Position numbers and translations under genes: made by a program. Below the pieces are notes generated by a model that searched no databases, had not been told where the DNA came from, and saw nothing but the letters and a program-made list of their open reading frames with translations. This document shows, in pieces, positions 1-8,326 of a stretch of DNA of 11,280 nucleotides (positions are counted from its first letter, which is position 1; each line of letters starts with the position of its first letter). The stretch is from Paramicrosporidium saccamoebae KSL3 (taxonomy: Eukaryota; Fungi; Cryptomycota), in contig MTSL01000219.1 of NCBI GenBank assembly GCA_002794465.1, positions 1 to 11,280 on the forward strand. Direction: 5' to 3'.

Positions 1-2213
1 AAGGAGAATGGCATTGTGCACTCGGTTGGAAACTATTCGCGCTGGGACCGACCAGTGGAAAGGACTAGCATCCTGGCGATCATCATTCTGACAATTGCCG
101 CCTTTGCCACTCGCTATTACCGCATCGAAAAGGGCGACTTTGTCGTGTACTGTCCCTCCAGTGTGTCTTATGACGTAGATGGGACGAGGCGCATTTCGGC
201 AAATTTGCCACCAAATATTTGAATCAGACGTTTTACTTTGATGTGCACCCGCCCCTTGGCAAAATGATGGTGGCACTGGCAGGCAAGATTGCCGGCTACG
301 ATGGCACATTTGACTTTACATCGGGAGGAGATTATGGCAACAAGGTGCCCTACGTGCCGATGAGGATGATGGTGGCCAGTTTTGGAACAATGGTTGTACC
401 TTTGACGTACATGGCGGCAATCCAGCTGCGTCTCACCCAAACCACGGCTCTTTTGATGGCATTCATGACCTTATTTGGTGAGAAGCGGGAACACAATATC
501 TGACAATGTAGAGAATGGACTGATTGGAATCACTCGTTTAATGTTATTGGACTCTATGCTAATTGGATTCACGGCAGCCACCTTTGCAGCCTATGCTTGG
601 TTCCGAAACCAAAGTGACCGTCCATTTGGCTTTAAATGGAAATTGAGTTTGATCCTAACGGGAGCGTCGATTGGATGTGTGTCTAGTGTCAAATGGGTTG
701 GCCTCTTCATTACCGCTCAGGTTGGATTACTGACGATTGAGGAATTGTGGCAAATGTTTGGCGATGCTAAACTTCCCAAAAAGATCTTTGCCCGACATTT
801 CGTGTCGCGGGTCTTTGGACTCATTGTAGTGCCGTTGGCCATCTACATGATCTCCTTTAAGGCGCATTTTACAGTGTTGAGCAAGAGCGGTTCTGGCGAC
901 GCCAACATGAGTTCATTATTCCAAGCTGGCCTCCTTGGAAATGATCTGTCCAGCTCTCCAGTCCAACTTGCGTATGGATCCTATGTCACTTTAAAGAGCA
1001 ACACGTATGGTGGTGGGTTATTGCATTCGCATGTGCAGACCTATCCGGCGGGAAGCAAACAGCAACAAGTGACCACTTATCACCATAAGGATCTGAACAA
1101 TGTGTGGATGATCATCCACACTTACAAGGTGCCTGCCCAAAACTACGATGAGATTGATCCCTTGCCCGTCAACAATGGCGACATTATTCGGCTGATGCAC
1201 AATGCCACTGGCCATTTCTTGCACAGTCACCAGGTCAAAGCGCACGTCAACGCAAATGACTTTGAAGTTTCGGGATATGGCGAGCTAAATCTTGAAGATC
1301 CCAACGATCTTTGGCAGGTGGAGATTGTAAAAGACACCCGGTCGGGCGAGCCCATCCTCCGTGCTCTTACCACCAAATTCCGTCTGAAGCATGTGCAAAC
1401 TGGCTGCTATCTCAAATCGCGGAACAACAAGCTGCCGGATTGGGGTTTCAACCAAGGAGAAGTGTCTTGTGATTATACGCCCGAGCTGAACGCAAAGTAT
1501 TTGCTGTGGAATGTGGAAACGCATGTCAATGACAAATGTACAGTCTTCATAAGATCGACTAATCATTAATAGTGCCCAAGGGCGATGTGACGCAATATCG
1601 CTCCAATTTCTGGGAGGACTTTAAGGACTGCAATGTGGGAATGTATATTACAAACAATGCGCTCGTGCCTGACTCCGAGCTGGAGCCGGGTACGCTGACC
1701 TCCAGTGCCTCGGAGTGGTTCTTTATGACTCGTGGCATCCGGCTGTGCTCCTGGGCCAACGATCGCATCAAGTTTTACATGTTAGGAAATCCTGCGGTCT
1801 GGTGGACCGGATCAGTTGCCATCATTGCCACCGGAGTGCTCCTGGGAGTCTATGCACTAATCCAGCAACGCAAGGCACATAACCTATTGCCTTCCAATTT
1901 GGATGCATTCCGATTCCGCGTGAAACTTGTCACTGGAAGTTGGGCGCTCACCTACTTTCCCTTCTTTATTATGGGCCGTGTATTGTACGTGCACCACTAC
2001 TATCCGGCGCTGATCTTTTCCACATTGAATGTGGGGCTGGTGCTGGATCATCTTATAGGAAAACGTCCTCAATGGCAGCAGCGAGCGGTCAAGTTGAGCA
2101 TGGCAATGATTGTTCTGGCAGTATTTGTGTATTTCTCGCCAATGTGCTATGGTATTGAGGGACCTGGAAAGGACTTCCGAGGACGTCGCTGGCTCAAGTC
2201 GTGGAATCTCTAA
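1..2213 (+). CDS. PMT2: Dolichyl-phosphate-mannose:protein O-mannosyltransferase, PMT2 subfamily (5' end upstream of window)
   Basis: Exons <1-146, 179-477, 512-1537, 1573-2213 join ORFs 16..222, 219..503, 475..1569 and 1572..2213 in frame (703 aa visible). Splicing restores VVWDEAHFGKF...DVHPPLGKM (DE motif, PMT2-type WDEAH), LFENGLI...LLDS, MIR-domain LHSHVQTYPAGSKQQQVT, HHYYPAL and C-terminal RWLKSW. Confidence 0.95.
147..178 (+). other. Spliceosomal intron, 32 nt (PMT2)
   Basis: GTACTG...CTTATGACGTAG; removal gives V-V-W-D-E-A-H. Confidence 0.93.
478..511 (+). other. Spliceosomal intron, 34 nt (PMT2)
   Basis: GTGAGA...CTGACAATGTAG; removal gives L-F-E-N-G. Confidence 0.92.
1538..1572 (+). 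other. Spliceosomal intron, 35 nt (PMT2)
   Basis: GTACAG...CTAATCATTAATAG; removal gives HVNDK-L-PKG in frame. Confidence 0.92.
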
Positions 2214-2245
2214 GTGTTATTAACAAATTGCGATGATAATGCAGA

Positions 2246-2251
2246 AATAAA
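2246..2251 (+). terminator. Putative polyadenylation signal AATAAA of PMT2
   Basis: Canonical hexamer about 33 nt after the stop at 2213, followed by GT-rich sequence. Confidence 0.5.
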
Positions 2252-2383
2252 GTAATCAGTGTATAACCATAATGTGAGGAGAGGGGCATAATAAGGCAAT
2301 GTGATATTGTAATCTCGACACTATGAGAGAGTGTCTAACGGATTAAAAGGTTATCTTTACTATTACGATACCGGATCAAAATG

Positions 2384-2450
2384 TGACGTAGAGGTAGAGA
2401 ATTGATTAGTTGGGTATTTGACGTAGAGAGTTGATTAGTTGCTGGGTATT
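2384..2450. repeat. Imperfect intergenic tandem duplication (about 33-nt unit, two copies)
   Basis: TGACGTAGAG-GTAGAGAA-TTGATTAGTT-GGGTATT followed by TGACGTAGAG-AG-TTGATTAGTT-GCT-GGGTATT. Confidence 0.8.
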
Positions 2451-2736
2451 TGGGGACAGTGAGATGTGTATCCATACTATTATAGGATTAGCAGTGAATA
2501 AACCCCTCTTCCCCGCTTGACAGTCCATACTATTTATCCCCACTACGCGACAAAAAGTTGGTCTTTACTATTCATCTCACAATAATATCGTATTTAATAC
2601 AACCGCTTATTGAGACTCGTTCTTATCAATTCTTAGTCGTCACGTGGATGTACGTGCAAAATTGTTATCCCAGGTCTACAACAGGGCGTAGTAGCGTGAT
2701 AAACAGTTTGTTAATATAGTCTCGTTAAGGGTTGCT

Positions 2737-2742
2737 TTTATT
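2737..2742 (-). terminator. Putative polyadenylation signal AATAAA of the HECT gene
   Basis: TTTATT on + strand, about 39 nt downstream of the minus-strand stop at 2781. Confidence 0.45.
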
Positions 2743-2780
2743 CGTCTTGGTCTCTATACCTCTCGATTTTCATTGTCAGA

Positions 2781-5700
2781 TTAAGAAGAGTTGCTTTCTC
2801 GGGAAGCTTCAGCTTCAGAGGGATCGCCTTCACGTAGAGGGACGGCGTTTTCAACTGCAAGGGAAACACCCTCAAGTGGAAAAGAGACATCGTCTTCAAG
2901 TGGTGGAGGACCATCGTCTTCAAGTGATGGAGGACCATCATCTTCAAGTGGTGGAGGAACGTCTTGAGTATTGCTCGGATCGTCGTTCAGTAGCTCAATG
3001 AGTGCTTCAACAGTCTCTCTAGCACCCTGCTCTGGCAATCTCAGTGTTGCAAAGCAGGTAGCACTCCCCACACTCGGATAGAAATCGACGCACTTTTTGC
3101 CGTGGCTAAGCGGATCGACCAGATCATCAGTACTTCCCGTTACATCACGCAGTCTTGCCGAAAACTGTCTCAAGAATGCCTCGTGTTCTTCGCCATCACG
3201 GATGACCACGGAGCTGGACTTTGCACACATCTGTTTGTTGGCATCACAACTGTCAAACGGGATGTGGTCGTTTGATGGTGCGTAAAACGATACTTTTGGT
3301 TTCACGAAATCCAAATCCGTCGAGGCAGCTCCTGTCCAGACAGCCACAAATTTGGACAGTTGCTTTGGAGTCAGACACTCCAAAAATGTCTTGAGGAATA
3401 ACTTGCGATCTACTGGGCCATACTCCGAATCGATATCCACTCCCTCTTCCACGTTAATCTTGGGAAACACTTCTTCGGCCGTCAGCAGAGTGCCGTTAAT
3501 CTTGGATGCAAGCATTTCAGAGAAGGGCTGCTTGTTTATCACAGGTGAATCTGGCATTTTGAGAAAATGATCCAACCCAAGTCGGAAGGATTCGACAAAG
3601 GTTTTAAATTCTTGTAAACACCTTTCACTGAACTGGTCAAAGAATTCTTCCATATTCTCATATTCAAATCCCGAGTATACTGCCTCACATTTTGCGTACC
3701 ACTCCTCAAGATCGAGCCCTTCGCGTGGGATTTCGTAAAGGTTGTAGTTAGTTTGACTCTCAAATCCATTGAATGTCAATTTGTCCAATGGAGCCCAACG
3801 AGCATCCTCTTTGTTACGGTTGAACCATGCCTTATTACGCGCTCTCTCCATTTCTTTGGGAGACTTGGCTTGGTTTTGCTCAAATTGTCCCATTTCCTCA
3901 GGTGTGGGCTCAAAATCATCGCCCATCACACGCTGATAGAGATTTTGATCCCTAAATATCGCCAATTCATGGGCATACGTCTCTTTGAAATAAGTTTCAA
4001 TTTCGTCCTCGCTTGCATTGAGGACGATTCCATAGAACTCGGGATCTATAGGAAAGGGAAGCTTCACATTTTGTTGCATTGCCTTTCCAGCTAGGAACCC
4101 AGCAGGAAATCCATCGTTTCCCTTGATCGGGAATTTGAATTTTACAACGGATGCATCCACGTCGCTCATGCTTGAAATCATGGTCGTCTTCATCATGTCC
4201 AGCAATTCTCCAAGCCAGGAACGGAGGGGGCCATCTCCATAAGTATCATCATGCGCAACGCTCGACTTTGGGTGTGCCAATATCCTGGGAACTGCTTTTA
4301 TCATTTGAAGGGACTGTGCCAGATCATATCTTTGTCCATTATGCGCCGTGATGAAATCCTCCGCCAGGTCGAATGAGGACCTGGTAATTTCTTTAAGCAA
4401 GACGCTCTTATTAGGTAACTCGTACAACAATGGTAAAATGTCGGCACCATCGAACAGAACATATAATGAAGTTATTCCAGAGTTATCTGAGGTTCGAGTA
4501 ATAATCCGAGCAAGCACATTAATACATTCAGTGTACTCAAAGCCAAGAGTTTCTCTGTTTCTAAAGCCGCAACACGTATTGAATGAGCGTTTTAAATTGC
4601 CTTGCCATGAATTTTTTATCAATTGCCCAGCTCGTCTTCGGAATGCAATCCACTCATTATGTTCCGGCGCCTTTTGCATTTCATCCATCTGGGAATCTGT
4701 AAGAACACCAAAGGTATCATCACTACAGTCCAAAATGTCGGCCGTCTTAATCTTGGTGAATGCACTAAGCTCCTTTGGGACCCTTTTAGACAAATGATGT
4801 ACTTGTTCAGAGCAAAGATCGGCCAGTCTGAGTTTAAAGTCACCAGCCGTGAATAATTGGAAAGCTTGTGGCCCGAGCTTCCTGGCAACATTGTTTGTGA
4901 TGTGTGAGCTTAATGCAAGGGCACATTCAGCGCCAATGGCTCCAAGAACGGAACTATTCAAATGTTCCAAGTGATCTAATGTCCCCTCAGTAATCTTCTC
5001 CGCCATCAGCTCACAAAATTTCTTGCGCAATTTGATCAACCAAAGGGTATTTTGTAGATCAAGGTAATTTTCGAGACTATCAGACTTCAGGTTGTTGATC
5101 CGTGTAATATGCGATTCCCAAACCGTTTTATCGTTCGATAGTTCTGGGACGTCATCTTTGTTATAACCGTCTGGGACTGAGATAAAAGAACGACACTTGT
5201 CACTGCAGCTATCGCGCAACCATAATTGGGTTTTGTAAGTCTCAATGCTCACGCTTTTACAATAATGGTCGGCATCCTCTACATCACGGCTAATGTGCTC
5301 GATAATCTCTGGTTTGTTCAAGGCAGCACTACTTTTGAGCATTGGTTCGAAAATTTTCATTTCATTTCCTCCACAACTGGCAAAAATATCGTCAGGTAAC
5401 TCGGATTCAGGTGACTCTAAAAGCATCTCGGCTACATCGGGACGTTCTCTTGCAATCTCTGCAAATCGTGCCTGTCCAATATCGGACAATGAGACACGAC
5501 GCATACGTTTTTTGTTTAGGTGGCTACAATCGGGCAAGAAAGTCAACAGTTTAGACAACTCTAATATTTTCTGATACACGCTGACCGGAAAAACCAAATA
5601 GTTCCTGGAAGGGACTTTTGGGAGATCCTCCTCAAGGTGGTTAGTCCATTCTTCAATTATCTCTGGACAGATTTTAGACCAGGTGTCCAATGACAAGTCT

Positions 5701-6287
5701 GATCTGACAAGACCACGAAAGCATTCCAGACTGATAGAATCAAGAAGGTTGGAATTGATCGAATAACTCTCCAGGTTTTCGCATAGAATCTTCTTGTCAA
5801 GCTTACTTCCAAATAATTTAAATTGCTTTGGGGTCATCCAGGAGGTATTTTTCATCGGGCCGTCGTAATATTCCAACAGATTTTCTGACAAGCCTGCACG
5901 ACTTTCTGAAGAGTCGCTGAAATTTTCAATATCTGCCACTTCTGCAAAGAATCTGGAAGATATGGTGGCACCGTTGGTAATCAAGATTTCGAGTTGTTCG
6001 ACGTTGATTCTACTGGCAAACTTGTCTGTGTCAGTTATGTCATAGACAATCTGATAGATAGCGACGACAGAGCAGTTCTTCAAGTTTTGGAAGAGCATCT
6101 CTATACCTTCGGGCGACGCATCTTCCAGGAACGCCGGACCACAACTGTCCCAGTTATCTTCAATCGTGCTCAATGCATCATTCTCTTTAGCGTTAAGCCT
6201 CTTAACCCAGTCCTTACAGTCGATGCCACCTGCCATACAGTACCGAAGCACCTGCAGGAGAATGTACAGTGACAGTATGGACAACAT
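2781..6287 (-). CDS. Putative secreted protein with C-terminal divergent HECT E3 ubiquitin ligase domain (1168 aa, intronless)
   Basis: The ORF-track start at 6314 is GTG; the first ATG is 6287, giving MLSILSLYILLQVLRYCMA|GG (signal-peptide-like). HECT landmarks occur in order: GDGPLRSWLGEL, GFLAGKAM...PFPIDPEFYGIVL, SFRLGLDHFL...SKING, FLECLTPKQLSKFVAVWTG, SATCFATLRLP (Cys codon at 3054-3056). ORF confidence is high; HECT call is from motif recall. Confidence 0.82.
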   Translation of the reverse strand: MLSILSLYILLQVLRYCMAGGIDCKDWVKRLNAKENDALSTIEDNWDSCGPAFLEDASPEGIEMLFQNLKNCSVVAIYQIVYDITDTDKFASRINVEQLEILITNGATISSRFFAEVADIENFSDSSESRAGLSENLLEYYDGPMKNTSWMTPKQFKLFGSKLDKKILCENLESYSINSNLLDSISLECFRGLVRSDLSLDTWSKICPEIIEEWTNHLEEDLPKVPSRNYLVFPVSVYQKILELSKLLTFLPDCSHLNKKRMRRVSLSDIGQARFAEIARERPDVAEMLLESPESELPDDIFASCGGNEMKIFEPMLKSSAALNKPEIIEHISRDVEDADHYCKSVSIETYKTQLWLRDSCSDKCRSFISVPDGYNKDDVPELSNDKTVWESHITRINNLKSDSLENYLDLQNTLWLIKLRKKFCELMAEKITEGTLDHLEHLNSSVLGAIGAECALALSSHITNNVARKLGPQAFQLFTAGDFKLRLADLCSEQVHHLSKRVPKELSAFTKIKTADILDCSDDTFGVLTDSQMDEMQKAPEHNEWIAFRRRAGQLIKNSWQGNLKRSFNTCCGFRNRETLGFEYTECINVLARIITRTSDNSGITSLYVLFDGADILPLLYELPNKSVLLKEITRSSFDLAEDFITAHNGQRYDLAQSLQMIKAVPRILAHPKSSVAHDDTYGDGPLRSWLGELLDMMKTTMISSMSDVDASVVKFKFPIKGNDGFPAGFLAGKAMQQNVKLPFPIDPEFYGIVLNASEDEIETYFKETYAHELAIFRDQNLYQRVMGDDFEPTPEEMGQFEQNQAKSPKEMERARNKAWFNRNKEDARWAPLDKLTFNGFESQTNYNLYEIPREGLDLEEWYAKCEAVYSGFEYENMEEFFDQFSERCLQEFKTFVESFRLGLDHFLKMPDSPVINKQPFSEMLASKINGTLLTAEEVFPKINVEEGVDIDSEYGPVDRKLFLKTFLECLTPKQLSKFVAVWTGAASTDLDFVKPKVSFYAPSNDHIPFDSCDANKQMCAKSSSVVIRDGEEHEAFLRQFSARLRDVTGSTDDLVDPLSHGKKCVDFYPSVGSATCFATLRLPEQGARETVEALIELLNDDPSNTQDVPPPLEDDGPPSLEDDGPPPLEDDVSFPLEGVSLAVENAVPLREGDPSEAEASRESNSS
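2888..2959 (-). repeat. 24-nt coding tandem repeat, three copies plus degenerate flanks, encoding PP(P/S)LEDD(G/V)
   Basis: CATCGTCTTCAAGTGGTGGAGGAC / CATCGTCTTCAAGTGATGGAGGAC / CATCATCTTCAAGTGGTGGAGGAA on + strand. Confidence 0.95.
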
Positions 6288-6733
6288 GATGTTGCTGATC
6301 CCTGGTCCCGACACTTTTATTAATGTCTTTAATTGGCTGAAGACATATAACCATCCAAGATGTAGTGTTTATCTTGTGACCGAGTGAGCAGACGCCTTTA
6401 GGTTGGGCAGGACTCTTTTGTTCGGACCAGACCTCTCATGGCCTGTAATTCCAGCGTAAGTGTGAGATGGTCTGTATATACACATCAGCGATCGAGGGTT
6501 CATACCAGTAGATCCGCAAAACTGGGCCCCTATTACCATGAGAGAGTATATAGCGAACCACTTGGTATTTGCTGCTATGATAATGGATCAAATGTCCCAC
6601 TATCTACTGCTGGCATCACAGAAATTAGTTTATTACGTAGTGATCACGCTTTAAACGGACAGGGGATTTATGGCCGTTCGGACCGACCGGGGATTGCGGT
6701 CCCCGCATTTTTCTTACCGCATCCCTTAGGAGC

Positions 6734-6746
6734 ACCCCCCCCCCTT
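6734..6746 (+). promoter_or_regulatory. A-C10-TT tract upstream of eIF4A start
   Basis: ACCCCCCCCCCTT ending 16 nt before ATG 6763; an identical 13-mer precedes the next gene. Confidence 0.5.
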
Positions 6747-6762
6747 TCCTCATCTATCCACC

Positions 6763-8068
6763 ATGGCGTACATATTGCAAGGAGAAGAAGGTCTAATGTG
6801 ATATAGTGCTCCTGAAGCTGCTGCGTTCCAAGATTTGCAGACCGAAGAGATTGTGGTACGTTATTTGGAAGCGAGGGATGTGACGTGTTTAGTCCAACTA
6901 TGACCAAGTTTTCGAGTCGTTTGACGACATGGGTTTGAAGCAGGAGCTCCTGCGCGGTATTTACGGCTACGGGTAAGCGAGAGGAATGGACTAAAGGTGT
7001 AGTTTCGAGCGTCCATCGGCCATCCAACAACGCGGCATTGTGCCCATCATTGGCGAACGCGACGTTATTGCGCAAGCCCAATCGGGAACCGGAAAGACGG
7101 CAACCTTTGCTATTGGTATTCTGCAAAAGATTGACCTGAGCAAGTTGGAAACACAGGCCCTGATCCTGGCCCCCACCCGCGAATTGGCTACGCAAATCCA
7201 GGGTGTGTTTTTGGCTATTGGAGAGCGCATGAACGTGCAGGTGCATGCATGTGTAGGTGGCACAGCCATTGCACAGGACATGCGTCGTCTGCAGGAAGGA
7301 GTACACGTGATTGTGGGTACCCCGGGACGAGTGTTTGACATGATCGACCGCAAAGTGCTGTCAACCGCATCAATTAAGATGTTCGCGCTGGACGAGGCGG
7401 ACGAAATGTTGAGCCGTGGCTTCAGCGAGCAGATCTACGAAGTGTTCCAGCGTCTGCCCCCGAATGTGCAGGTCATTCTGATTTCTGCGACCATGCCGAA
7501 GGAGGTTCTGGCGGTGACAAGCAACTTTATGCGCGATCCCATCCGCATCATGGTGAAGCGTGACGAGTTGACTTTGGAAGGTATTAAGCAGTTCTATATT
7601 GACGTTGGCGAGGAGACGCACAAGTTTGAAACGCTGTGTGATCTGTATGCGTCACTTAGCATTACGCAAGCCGTCATTTTCTGCAATACGCGTCGCAAGG
7701 TTGAGCAGCTCACCGAGTTCCTCATCCGCAAGGACTTTACCGTCTCTGCCCTCCACGGAGATATGCCCCAGGATGAGCGCAACCGCATCATGAAGGATTT
7801 CCGTGAGGGCAAATCCCGTGTCCTCATCACCACCGATCTCCTCGCCCGTGGAATTGACGTTCAGCAAGTGTCTGTTGTCATCAACTACGACTTCCCTCAG
7901 GAGAAGGAGAACTATCTCCATCGTATTGGACGTTCCGGTCGTTTTGGACGCAAAGGTGTTGCCATCAACTTTATCGTCGTCAATGACGTTCCCATGATGA
8001 AGGAGATTGAGCGTCACTACAGCACGCAAATCGAAGAGATGCCTGCCGACATTGCCAACCACATGTAA
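6763..8068 (+). CDS. TIF1: Translation initiation factor eIF4A (DEAD-box RNA helicase), 399 aa
   Basis: Exons 6763-6767, 6807-6855, 6893-6972, 7003-8068 (1200 nt). Q motif [65 protein letters not shown] matches eIF4A1/Tif1 rather than eIF4A3. Confidence 0.97.
6768..6806 (+). other. Spliceosomal intron, 39 nt, inside codon 2 of eIF4A
   Basis: ATG GC|GTACAT...CTAATGTGATATAG|T; in frame with downstream exons. Confidence 0.8.
6856..6892 (+). other. Spliceosomal intron, 37 nt (eIF4A)
   Basis: GTACGT...GTGACGTGTTTAG; joins EEIV to [13 protein letters not shown]. Confidence 0.88.
6973..7002 (+). other. Spliceosomal intron, 30 nt (eIF4A)
   Basis: GTAAGC...CTAAAGGTGTAG; restores GIYGYGFERPS. Confidence 0.95.
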
Positions 8069-8313
8069 GCGGCATAGTTACTGTCAGTTCGTTTCATAAA
8101 CTAAACCTATATCATTTATGTGTGTGTGTAATGTGAGTGGTGTGAAGAATGGGGAGAATGTGATAAAGGCGGAGAATGGAGAGGATGGGGAGGACAGTCT
8201 CAACGTGCCAAAGTATCAGAGCATATCATCGCATCTACAGACTAGATATATTGAGAGTCTTTACTTCTAATCTAACTCCATATTCATATAATCCAATTTA
8301 ACAAATATTCTCT

Positions 8314-8326
8314 ACCCCCCCCCCTT
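8314..8326 (+). promoter_or_regulatory. A-C10-TT tract immediately upstream of the J-protein start
   Basis: ACCCCCCCCCCTT directly abutting ATG 8327. Confidence 0.5.

Noticed and set aside
2649-2720. 23-codon plus ORF (MYVQNCYPR...) downstream of a C-rich patch at about 2502-2514
   Set aside because: Too short, no homology, and no intron of the local 30-39-nt GT...TAG type extends it.
2732-5574. Plus-strand ORFs antisense to the HECT gene, including the LQVVEDH-repeat ORF 2732..3001
   Set aside because: Shadow frames with no recognisable domains; the repeat is just the antisense of PPPLEDD.
6288-6314. Extra N-terminal MSGPGISNI of the 1177-aa ORF
   Set aside because: It starts at GTG; the first ATG at 6287 puts the signal peptide at the N-terminus.
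6410-6700. GTTC-containing motifs resembling a tRNA or Pol III B-box (GTTCGGACC twice, GGTTCATACC)
   Set aside because: No cloverleaf or matching A-box could be built.
6438-6806. 122-aa plus ORF in the HECT/eIF4A divergent gap
   Set aside because: No homology cues; it runs through the C tract and ends on the eIF4A intron acceptor TAG.
6668-8062. Long antisense and alternate-frame ORFs over eIF4A (212, 120, 136 aa and others)
   Set aside because: Expected by-product of biased codon usage in a highly conserved gene; no independent coding signal.
1-8068. PMT2, HECT and eIF4A as a functional gene cluster
   Set aside because: Orientations differ and the neighbours are unrelated housekeeping genes; adjacency is expected in a dense genome.
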